DNA of 64,000 bases from a bacterium (GTDB lineage: Bacteria > Patescibacteriota > Dojkabacteria > B142 > OLB20): contig JAJTYI010000001.1 of the NCBI GenBank assembly GCA_021463645.1, positions 33,803-97,802 on the forward strand. Direction: 5' to 3'. Under the pieces are notes generated by a model that had not been told where the DNA came from, made no database searches, and saw only the letters and a program-made list of their open reading frames with translations. Made by a program: the position numbers and the translations under genes. This document shows, in pieces, positions 27,750 through 36,180 of the stretch (positions are counted from its first letter, which is position 1; each line of letters opens with the position of its first letter).

Positions 27750-30029
27750 TTAACCTTGTGTAACATTTGGTCCTGTATTTTGATTATTATTAGTTATATT
27801 ACCTTGAGGATAATTATATCCCCCTTGATTAGTGTTTGGATATTGATTTGTAGGTGTCTGATTTGAATTTGCAGGTTGGGTGTTATATGCAATATTCGGC
27901 GGATATTGTGGATTCGTCACAGTTCCATTCATAGGTGCTGGATTTTGCGAATACATAGGTTGTATATTTTTAGGAGCGGTGTTTGGGGTAGGCGTGAAAT
28001 TACCTCCTGTATTCTGACTAACACCAGGTTGACCTTGATTTATATAACGGGATTCTGAGGCATTACTTGCAGGTGAATTTTGAGCAACATTAGGGTTGCC
28101 TGGAGTTGTAGGGTTTTGAGTATTCGACATCTCTTCAGAAATTGGAATTTGTAATTTCTCCAATCTTTGTTTCTCAGCTTTTTGAAGATTTGCATCTTCC
28201 ATAGCCCTCATCTCTCTCGGATTTGTTGTTATAAGATTATGCTCATTTTCACTCGCGATAACTTGAATACCAACATGATTATTTCCCGCAAAGAAAATAC
28301 CTTCACCAATTCCAGCAGTTAGTAAATATTGCTTTTCTCCCATAGATAGGTAGAAGACTTTTTGAAGCTTATCTGCTGCCGCTGTACTTTGTTTCAATAG
28401 TACTTGAATTGAAGAGTTGGTTACCACTGCTCTTCCATAATCTGTTCCAAGGAAGTCCTCTACGTCTTGCGTAATTGTTGTCAAACCAAGTGCATATTTT
28501 CTAGCCCTTTTTGCTATAGAGTGTAAGAACCTAGCACCCTCTTCAAATTGCATCATCCACCAAGCCTCATCAATAATTAATAATCGCTCTCTTCTGTCTT
28601 TTTTAACTCTAGTCCAGATGTAATCCAACATTAGATACATAGCGATCGGTCTTAAATCTTCAGCCAAATCTCTAATACTAAAGACAGTGAATGAATTTTT
28701 AATTTCAATGTTTGTTTTTTGGTCAAAAATACCTGCTGAACTACCTTTTATGTATTTTTCAATCTTTTGTGCAAGAACATGTGCTTCATTTTCAGCCATT
28801 GCCATCAATACTTTGTACAAGTCCTCGAGCAGTGGTGGTTCTCTTCTTTGGGTTGCAGGGTCAGGGGTTATGCCTTTTTCTTTATAGGTTAATATTAAAG
28901 CCCTATCTAAGATGGAACTCTCGATAGAAGTCAGCGTTCCACCAACCATCAGCCTGATTAAACCATTTAATAGTAGAATTTTGAATCTCAATTCGTCTTC
29001 GTCTTTATCATAAATACCCGAAAGTTCGAATGGATTAAGTTTCTGACCACCATCTTGAGAGAATGAGATATAATCACCACCAGCTGTAAGACATAATTTC
29101 TCATATTCTTTTTCAGGATCGATAATGATAATCTGTGTTCCCATCATCAAACTTCTGATGGCTTCAAGTTTGACCATATAACTTTTTCCCGCTCCGGATG
29201 TAGCGAAAACTACCATATTTGCATTTGGCATCTGGAATCTATCGAAAATAATCAGACTTTTATTGTGTTTATTAATTCCGTAGAGGATTCCATCATCCAT
29301 CGTCAGCTCGGAAGATACAAATGGAAATGTCGTTGCTAGAGAAGTTGTATCCATATTCCTCGTAAGGTAGATTTTGTCCATACCCAATGGCATACTGGTC
29401 ACGAATCCTTGTTCTTGTTGAAGTGATGCAATTTTAGTAATTACCCCAAGTGCTGATAAAGTAGACTCAACGTTTCTAGAGATTTTCTCTAGTTCTTGGA
29501 GATTAGTAGACCTGATAGTTATATATAGTGCAAAATGGAAGAACTTTTCATTTCCACTAGCAATCGCTTGTTGTAGCTCTTCTGCATCTTTTAGTGTAAT
29601 TTTGATATTTGGATCAGGGATTTTACCTGCTTCAACATCGATGTTTAAAGAAGCTTGCAACTCAGCAATTTTTCTTTTTAATCTAGATAAAATCAGTGCT
29701 GAATCAACAGGATAATAAAAAGAGCTGATTGTAAGGGGTCTCTCGAAGTTGATAAGTGGTGATAACCAATTTGCACTAACCCATCTTGGGAATCCAGTTG
29801 CAAAAAATGTACGGAAGTACTTACCTCCGATAAGCATATGGTTGAAATCGATTTCAATCGCCGGTGGAGCTATAATGTCTTTGACATCCACAACTGCCTT
29901 GGAAAAATCATCAACTGCAGCCTGCTCTAGTTGATTCTGATCAGGAGCTCCCACCATTTGAACTTGTGGAGCGTTGCTTTTCTGACCTTTTTTTAATTTA
30001 TCAAATATTTTAAGTTTTGGTATTTTCAT
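27750..30029 (-). CDS. virB4: VirB4/TraC-type type IV secretion ATPase (Gram-positive PrgJ/TcpF-like) with a 129-aa N/Q/P/T-rich C-terminal tail.
   Basis: Walker A VVFATSGAGKSY, Walker B RLLIIDEAWWMM, the N-terminal VKDIIAPPAIEIDFNHMLIGGKYFRTFF pattern and TTITQDVEDF. The tail spans 27753-28139. Confidence 0.85.
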   Translation of the reverse strand: MKIPKLKIFDKLKKGQKSNAPQVQMVGAPDQNQLEQAAVDDFSKAVVDVKDIIAPPAIEIDFNHMLIGGKYFRTFFATGFPRWVSANWLSPLINFERPLTISSFYYPVDSALILSRLKRKIAELQASLNIDVEAGKIPDPNIKITLKDAEELQQAIASGNEKFFHFALYITIRSTNLQELEKISRNVESTLSALGVITKIASLQQEQGFVTSMPLGMDKIYLTRNMDTTSLATTFPFVSSELTMDDGILYGINKHNKSLIIFDRFQMPNANMVVFATSGAGKSYMVKLEAIRSLMMGTQIIIIDPEKEYEKLCLTAGGDYISFSQDGGQKLNPFELSGIYDKDEDELRFKILLLNGLIRLMVGGTLTSIESSILDRALILTYKEKGITPDPATQRREPPLLEDLYKVLMAMAENEAHVLAQKIEKYIKGSSAGIFDQKTNIEIKNSFTVFSIRDLAEDLRPIAMYLMLDYIWTRVKKDRRERLLIIDEAWWMMQFEEGARFLHSIAKRARKYALGLTTITQDVEDFLGTDYGRAVVTNSSIQVLLKQSTAAADKLQKVFYLSMGEKQYLLTAGIGEGIFFAGNNHVGIQVIASENEHNLITTNPREMRAMEDANLQKAEKQRLEKLQIPISEEMSNTQNPTTPGNPNVAQNSPASNASESRYINQGQPGVSQNTGGNFTPTPNTAPKNIQPMYSQNPAPMNGTVTNPQYPPNIAYNTQPANSNQTPTNQYPNTNQGGYNYPQGNITNNNQNTGPNVTQG

Positions 30030-30693
30030 CCGCTTTAAATGAAGTATATTTAGTTGTAGCCAACTCCAAATTCTTCGCCCCGATTTTGTCAGGATCGTAC
30101 ATAGAATAATAAAGTCTTACAAGTTGTTCGTTATTTAACTGCCAAGTCTCAATCCCCATTTTCTTAAATTGTTTAAATACATGATCACGCTTCGGATATA
30201 AATTGATTTTAGCTTTATCGAAAATTGCTTTACGATTTGTAATTTGAATTCTTTTTCCAAATATTTGCTTAACTATTCCTGTCCTTTGAACTTCTGCAGA
30301 AATCTCTGGTATTACAATGAAAAATCTTTTATCCAAAACTTCTCTATTGTATGTTAGATTTTTTATAAATTGTAAGTAGATTTCAATTTGTCGAATTAAT
30401 GCCTTCGATGTCTGTTGTTGTTTGAATGATGTAAGTTTTTCAACATAAGCAGTCAAATCGGAACGTTCTGTTAAAATTACGACCTGCATTTGGAAATTTA
30501 GAGAATTTAACATTCCTGCGAACATCTTTATTTTCGCGTCTTGTTCCTCCTCGGATAAAAGATCAAAGTTAACGGCACCAGTTTCGATAACCAAAGATAC
30601 TCTTCCATCTTTCAATAGAACTAAATCATCCCTGATATCTTCGATTTCTAGATGATCTTGTGTACTTATTTTTGAATTTGAAACTATTCCCAT
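30010..30693 (-). CDS. Soluble protein resembling a VirB4/TrbE N-terminal domain (T4SS accessory).
   Basis: The LEIEDIRDDLVLLKDGRVSLVIETGAVNFDLLSEEEQDAKIKMFAGMLNSLNFQMQVVI pattern resembles the N-terminal region of VirB4/TraC proteins. It overlaps virB4 by 20 nt. Confidence 0.5.
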   Translation of the reverse strand: MGIVSNSKISTQDHLEIEDIRDDLVLLKDGRVSLVIETGAVNFDLLSEEEQDAKIKMFAGMLNSLNFQMQVVILTERSDLTAYVEKLTSFKQQQTSKALIRQIEIYLQFIKNLTYNREVLDKRFFIVIPEISAEVQRTGIVKQIFGKRIQITNRKAIFDKAKINLYPKRDHVFKQFKKMGIETWQLNNEQLVRLYYSMYDPDKIGAKNLELATTKYTSFKADENTKT

Positions 30694-31490
30694 TATTTAG
30701 CTTTAAACTTATAAAGAATGTCTTGGTTATCTTTTAGATTTATTCTGTAATACTCAAAGACTAATTTAGGTGCTGCAATGCTAATAAAGTAAACACCTGG
30801 ACTTAGAGCCGTATCTAAATTAAATTGTCCTTTATCATCTGTAGTTACTTCGTTGATAAATTCACCGCTCTCAGAGTTTACACTAACTAACGCACCTTGT
30901 ACTGGATTTTCTTTATTATCGACAACAAATCCTTTGATAAATATTGTTTTTGATGAGCTGGCTTGTTCTTTTGTAGGTGTAAATGTATTTACTGTATTCT
31001 CGGATGTTTGAGTTCCGAACATCTCTTGTTCAATTTGTTTTAATCTTAATTCCTCTTCTCTGTCTGCAACAGTAAACTCTTTTTGAACCTCAAACTTTGT
31101 AAGTGGTGCTATAGAAGCTCGAATACGGCCTTCTTTTTTTACTTTCTCTAATGTTTCTTCTTTTGTTCTTTTCACTTCTTCATGAAAAACATCTGGAACA
31201 ACTCCCGTTTTTTTCCAAACTCGCTCCTGGGAAGTAAACATTGCAACAATAAAATTAGTCAACCACACAGAAGAATATTGACCATTAATTTTTATCAGAG
31301 AAAGAAAAATCCCTAATATTACTGCGATTATAATTAATACAACTCTCAGAATTCCAGGTAAAGGTGTGAAATATATTCCCAATGCTATCATCAGCAAAGT
31401 CGCAAGATAGGCAAACTGTTTAACTGAGAGAGCACCAAAGAGTTTGAACTCTACTTCCATAATGTTTTGTGGTACTGCGTGTCTCTCCAT
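30693..31490 (-). CDS. PrgI-family (VirB3-like) membrane protein fused to a C-terminal carboxypeptidase-regulatory-like beta-sandwich.
   Basis: VPQNIMEVEFKLFGALSVKQFAYLATLLMIALGIYF plus a second TM matches the PrgI pattern. The C-terminal IKGFVVDNKENPVQGALVSVNS...TDDKGQFNL..LSPGVYFISI is CarboxypepD_reg-like. Confidence 0.7.
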   Translation of the reverse strand: MERHAVPQNIMEVEFKLFGALSVKQFAYLATLLMIALGIYFTPLPGILRVVLIIIAVILGIFLSLIKINGQYSSVWLTNFIVAMFTSQERVWKKTGVVPDVFHEEVKRTKEETLEKVKKEGRIRASIAPLTKFEVQKEFTVADREEELRLKQIEQEMFGTQTSENTVNTFTPTKEQASSSKTIFIKGFVVDNKENPVQGALVSVNSESGEFINEVTTDDKGQFNLDTALSPGVYFISIAAPKLVFEYYRINLKDNQDILYKFKAK

Positions 31491-31958
31491 TTATTTGATA
31501 CTTTTTATAACAAAATCAACCGAACCACCTGGTGTTGGTACGGTTACTTTATCACCTTTCTTTTTCCCTGATAGTGATTTCCCCAAAGGTGAATCCAAGG
31601 AAATTTTTCTTTCTGTAGGATCAGCTTCGTTATGTCCAACTATGATGTATTCCACATCTGCTCCTCCATCAGACTTTTGAATTGTAACTCTTCTTCCTAA
31701 ATCAACTACTCCAGAATTTGATTTAGTTGAAATTTCAGCATTTGATAATAATTCTTTTAGTTGATTTATTCGATTTTCGTTAAATTCCTTTGATTCAATA
31801 GCTGACTTATATGCAGCATTTTCCGATAAATCTCCTTGTTGTCTAGCTTTCTCGATCTCGTCTGCAATTTTAGTTCGAACTATTGTCTCCCTTTCTTCTA
31901 TTTCAGAAACAATTTTATCGTAACCTTCTTGTGTAAAAATTTGTTTTGGATTATTCAT
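31491..31958 (-). CDS. greA: Transcription elongation factor GreA.
   Basis: QEGYDKIVSEIE...QGDLSENAAYKSA coiled-coil region plus a C-terminal FKBP-like domain. 155 aa. Confidence 0.9.
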   Translation of the reverse strand: MNNPKQIFTQEGYDKIVSEIEERETIVRTKIADEIEKARQQGDLSENAAYKSAIESKEFNENRINQLKELLSNAEISTKSNSGVVDLGRRVTIQKSDGGADVEYIIVGHNEADPTERKISLDSPLGKSLSGKKKGDKVTVPTPGGSVDFVIKSIK

Positions 31959-31959
31959 A

Positions 31960-34900
31960 TTATTTTTTTAATTCAAACTTAAAAATCTTATCTCCTGTAA
32001 GAACACCAGAATATATGTATTTATTATTATCTTTAATAAAATCAGTGCCTTCCGGAGTTACTTCGAATTCTGGGTCAAATGCAATCTCTAAATCATAATT
32101 GCTCTCTATTCCAGGATTCTTGTTTAATCTTAACATAAAAATCGTTTGTTTTGTTTCCGGATTTGCGAATTGACTAGAAGTAAAGCTCATCCCATAAGAT
32201 AAATCATCATCCTCTAAATAGATATTACAAGTCTTATCTGTTGAATAAGTTGTTGATACTAACTCTGGGGCTACATCGATATTTTGAATATTTTGAGCAC
32301 CACCATTTACACACAAATATCCATTTTGTAAATTATCAACATTATTCAACCTCAAATTGAGTGTAGACTTTGCAATATAGTCTGCATCGATATTGATAGC
32401 ACCAGATATTGTCGAAATCGGGTACTTAATCAAATCGCTTTTTGCATCTGGATTGTGATTCATTCCAAAGAATATTTCAGCATTAGGCGAGTAGCCAACA
32501 CCAGTAATCGACCTAAGAAATGATTCAAACTCTGGGTTATTTGAATAGTAGAGCATATCTTTCGTATTATGTGAATATGCCAATGTATTCACTATGTCGT
32601 TTATATTGTTATTAAGATTATTAAACGCATCAGCTATATTTTTTGCATATAAATTCATAATAATCTCATTCCTGGCAATTAAGTCATTTGAATTGTTTAA
32701 CAGACTAATGTTATTCAGCAAATTATCATCATTAAAATTAAGTTGTCGGAAATTAATATCACCTTGGTTTTGCATTGAATTACTCAATGTACCGACATTT
32801 GTGGAGATGACTAAGTCAATATTAGATTTCGTGTTTAGTTCGAAATTTCTTTCAATTACTCTTAAGAAAAGATTCGGTTCGGAAATATTGTATAAATCCT
32901 GAAAGACAATATTCTCTGCGCTAACTTCCTTGCTTGAAACTAAATTTATAGAAGAAACCACATCACTTGAAACCACATCCTTGTTTAATACAGGCGTTTT
33001 GAGGATTTCTGTATTCAATGTCTTTAATGTCCCTTGGTCTATGGTGAAATTGATATAACCAACAATAGCACCACCAGAGCTACTATACCTCGTATTGTCT
33101 TGAACAACTACTAAATAATTTATAGGCTTTTCTCGCCCCATTAGTAATGGAAGATTATTATACTGATTTGCAATGAATTGCGAGGCTTTAAATTTCTCAT
33201 CTAAATCAAGCATTTTTTCTGATGTATTTTGTATTAATTCTGCAGGAAGTCTTTGAGAGTATACGTATGCTTCTTCTTTTGATGAGGAAATCCGTCCTAA
33301 ACTATCTTCAATGATTCCTCTTTGAGCATACATAGTATCCAACTCTTCTTTGAAGTTTTCACTGTCATTCGTACTTAGCAATCTGTCCTCACCAAATCTG
33401 TATACAATACTCGGATTTGAATTATTAATAAATGTTTGCATAGGAATATATGCGTTCAATAAATCGGTATACCCTTCTGAGTAATCTATTGAGCTCGCAA
33501 GATATTTCTGAGTAGAACTATATAAATCTTCTTTATTTAACAATGAAAACAAATACTGTAAATCCTCAACTCTTGCCTGTGCTGACTCTAAGTTATCTTT
33601 AAGTTTAAGATTATTATCACTAGCTTCTACGAAGTTTAGGCTGGATACGTTTTCAATTACTCGATCATAATAAACCCTCGTGAAAAAAATATTTCTACTT
33701 AAACTAAACAGCGGAGAAATCATCATAAAATATATAACAGCAAATCCCGTGATTAGAAACAATGTTACAACGAAATCGGTAACCGTGACGTTTTTTAGGA
33801 AAAATATTCTTCTACTAAATCCAAATAAAATATCATGAAGTGAAGTGTCAATTTTTTGTAGTATTGATTGTTTTTCCTTAGGTTTCTTGGATGATTTGTT
33901 GTTTACGTTCGCCTGTATCATGTTCCCTGTTCTTGCCATATCAAGCTTTTTCCTTTCTGCAATTAATTTCGAGATCGCATCACCATCACCTCCTTCATTT
34001 TCAGCAACGAAAAAGAAATCACGAATTTTTTCAGACATGTTCTTCGTATTTGATACTTTCAATGAAGCGTCCTCTTTAAGTGCTTTCTCAATTATTAAAA
34101 GTTCTTGAATATACTCAATAGTCTGAATCAATGATCTATCAAACTCAATACGAGGTCTCCACCCAATCGTAACCAAGCTCTCAGCAGGTTTATACAATAT
34201 TAATGAAGGATATTGGTCGTCATCACTATCAAATCGTATCTCTCTGGCTGTAGGTAATAATTCTAATAGTTTATATGCAATTGAAAGTATTGTGACTTCT
34301 TCTGGATTAGCTAATGTGAATATTTTTCCTTTTGTACTCGCTGAAAATTGCGCTTTCAACACACCATAAGCTGCATCAAGATAATGAATGTAGTAATTAG
34401 CTTCTAATCCATCGCCAGGTACTTTCAAGTCTTTTCCTTCAAGCCCATTTCTAATAAGCTTGATGAGACTAGAATTTTGATCGAATTCTGTACCTCGGCC
34501 AATTATTTCACCTAGTCTTAATATTCTGGCATTTATCCCAACTCTTTGGATATATTCTTGAACCAAACTTTCGGAGTATCTTTGAATCTCAAGCTCCATA
34601 TATTGTGAATGGTTCGAAGTACTATTCAGCCCGTAATTGTAGTCAAGATGCGTATTTGAAATATTTAATTGATGAGCTTTTATTGAAGTTGTTAAAAGAA
34701 ATTTGGAATCGAATTTTGAACATAAATCCAAAATTGAATCCAAATAGTTTGAATTTTGTAGGTACTTTTGAGTAGAGATTTTTTCTTTAAGGTGTGTAGA
34801 TTTGTGTTCAAAATAAAACACATAATCTAGCCTTCGTAAATCGAGACCTAAGGTATTAATCGCAGAGAAATTTAGAACTGTAAGATTTTTGTACTTAACT

Positions 34901-35070
34901 AGTGGATCAAGAAGCTTACGAGATGCGTTGCTTTCACTGTCAATGATAATCACGTAACCACCCTGTTCCAGCAAGGATCGTGCAATCTCAACACCAAGTA
35001 CATTCGCACCTTTAACGATAATAGAGGTAGGAAACCTCACTGAACCATGTAATTTTTTAACTACATTCAT
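31960..35070 (-). CDS. 1036-aa fusion: degenerate NAD-epimerase/dehydratase-like (extended SDR) domain + TM helix + large DUF4012-like extracytoplasmic domain.
   Basis: Residues 1-330 follow the extended-SDR layout, but the Gly motif reads VKGANVLG and the YxxxK position reads Y157-MEL-E161. A TM lies at about residues 432-455. INYLVVVQDNTRYSSSGGAIVGYINFTIDQGTL (residues 650-682) resembles the DUF4012 signature. Confidence 0.65.
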   Translation of the reverse strand: MNVVKKLHGSVRFPTSIIVKGANVLGVEIARSLLEQGGYVIIIDSESNASRKLLDPLVKYKNLTVLNFSAINTLGLDLRRLDYVFYFEHKSTHLKEKISTQKYLQNSNYLDSILDLCSKFDSKFLLTTSIKAHQLNISNTHLDYNYGLNSTSNHSQYMELEIQRYSESLVQEYIQRVGINARILRLGEIIGRGTEFDQNSSLIKLIRNGLEGKDLKVPGDGLEANYYIHYLDAAYGVLKAQFSASTKGKIFTLANPEEVTILSIAYKLLELLPTAREIRFDSDDDQYPSLILYKPAESLVTIGWRPRIEFDRSLIQTIEYIQELLIIEKALKEDASLKVSNTKNMSEKIRDFFFVAENEGGDGDAISKLIAERKKLDMARTGNMIQANVNNKSSKKPKEKQSILQKIDTSLHDILFGFSRRIFFLKNVTVTDFVVTLFLITGFAVIYFMMISPLFSLSRNIFFTRVYYDRVIENVSSLNFVEASDNNLKLKDNLESAQARVEDLQYLFSLLNKEDLYSSTQKYLASSIDYSEGYTDLLNAYIPMQTFINNSNPSIVYRFGEDRLLSTNDSENFKEELDTMYAQRGIIEDSLGRISSSKEEAYVYSQRLPAELIQNTSEKMLDLDEKFKASQFIANQYNNLPLLMGREKPINYLVVVQDNTRYSSSGGAIVGYINFTIDQGTLKTLNTEILKTPVLNKDVVSSDVVSSINLVSSKEVSAENIVFQDLYNISEPNLFLRVIERNFELNTKSNIDLVISTNVGTLSNSMQNQGDINFRQLNFNDDNLLNNISLLNNSNDLIARNEIIMNLYAKNIADAFNNLNNNINDIVNTLAYSHNTKDMLYYSNNPEFESFLRSITGVGYSPNAEIFFGMNHNPDAKSDLIKYPISTISGAINIDADYIAKSTLNLRLNNVDNLQNGYLCVNGGAQNIQNIDVAPELVSTTYSTDKTCNIYLEDDDLSYGMSFTSSQFANPETKQTIFMLRLNKNPGIESNYDLEIAFDPEFEVTPEGTDFIKDNNKYIYSGVLTGDKIFKFELKK

Positions 35071-35780
35071 TGTTGGGCAGTTAATTCAACTGGTTTTGCA
35101 AATAAATTAACCTCTAAACTCAACTCTACATCTTTTAACTTGTCTCTTTCAGACTGTTCTGTAGGTAATATTTCAATCTCGAGTGTATCAAAACCTTTTT
35201 TACTAAATGTTAAGATATGTGTACTGTCAATGCCTATGGGAATTGACCTTAAAGGTGTTTTACCTATATCTCTTCCGTCTAGTTTAACATCTACATCATC
35301 CACTGTCGAAAGTATATCTAAGGTTGGTTCAACGCCTTTTGTGAAGCTCTTTTTAGCTGTTAAGATGTGACCTTCAGAGAATAATGGCGAAGGACCTAGG
35401 TCATAACCAATAACAACATCAACATCCTTTTCGAAGTTTATATTTCTCTCAAATTCTGAGTAAAAACCATCGTTATTAGGTCGAACAATCTTAATATTAT
35501 GTTCCCCTGGTTCTATTGGATAAACCTCGAGAAATGACTCTTGATCAGACGTTACACCTGCAGAATTACCATCTACGAATACTTCCAATTCTCCAGAGAA
35601 AGCCTTCACTTTCAAGCCACTATAACTATCTCTTGAATCAATACCAAATATATTAATCCACTCAAAGTTCCATGATTGCCATGGCGACCAAAATGCTAAT
35701 AAAATTAGTGATAAAATTAAGAGTGAAATTCTAGTAACTTTGCGCATTTTCAATAAAAAACTAATAGGAAAACCTATCAA
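35067..35780 (-). CDS. Membrane-anchored protein with two PEGA-like domains.
   Basis: Signal anchor ISLLILSLILLAFW. LEVFVDGNSAGVT and VDVKLDGRDIGKTPL...HILTFSKKGFDTLEIEI match PEGA patterns. The likely start is M12 (nt 35747). It overlaps the next gene by 4 nt. Confidence 0.65.
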   Translation of the reverse strand: MIGFPISFLLKMRKVTRISLLILSLILLAFWSPWQSWNFEWINIFGIDSRDSYSGLKVKAFSGELEVFVDGNSAGVTSDQESFLEVYPIEPGEHNIKIVRPNNDGFYSEFERNINFEKDVDVVIGYDLGPSPLFSEGHILTAKKSFTKGVEPTLDILSTVDDVDVKLDGRDIGKTPLRSIPIGIDSTHILTFSKKGFDTLEIEILPTEQSERDKLKDVELSLEVNLFAKPVELTAQQ

Positions 35781-35858
35781 AGAAAATTATAGCAAGAGTA
35801 AATGGTGATGGGAACTAAAGAATATAAAATGCTACTTTCTCCAGTTAAAAATACTATT

Positions 35859-36143
35859 TTAGTCAACTGTGCCAGATGGTTTCACTGGTAGTACTTTCAG
35901 GGATTCAAGAAGTAAAGCCTGATTACCGTATGGAGTATTAACAATTTTATATGTGTTTCTTTTTGAAGCATATGTACCAACAACAACTATTACATCACCT
36001 TGAAATAAGTCTACAAAATCATCTTCAATCACATGACCATTCTCCCATTTAGGTACTCTTAAATTAACTGACATTTCTGCGGGTTCATTTGGGCCAAATA
36101 TACTTAATTCAACTGATTTTAAAAAACTAGGAAGTTCAGACAT
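35859..36143 (-). CDS. Hypothetical 94-aa protein.
   Basis: ORF lying between rpsI and the PEGA operon. No motif was recognised. Confidence 0.4.
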   Translation of the reverse strand: MSELPSFLKSVELSIFGPNEPAEMSVNLRVPKWENGHVIEDDFVDLFQGDVIVVVGTYASKRNTYKIVNTPYGNQALLLESLKVLPVKPSGTVD

Positions 36144-36180
36144 GGGATTTCCTTAACAAGTGAAATCAATATAAGACAGT

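Noticed and set aside
27145-31490. Reading the VirB4/PrgI cluster as a conjugative plasmid or ICE fragment.
   Set aside because: No relaxase, coupling ATPase, VirB6-like channel, integrase or repeats are in the window. The cluster is embedded between housekeeping genes and co-oriented with them. This cannot be fully excluded without the whole genome.
867-35370. Short overlapping or antisense ORFs in the left half, for example 867-1160, 2387-2627, 3066-3353, 4941-5273, 5559-5900, 9155-9457, 14047-14340, 28687-28927, 32594-32902 and 33845-34108.
   Set aside because: The reasoning is the same. They are embedded in longer ORFs that carry recognisable domains, and they have no independent start context or motifs.
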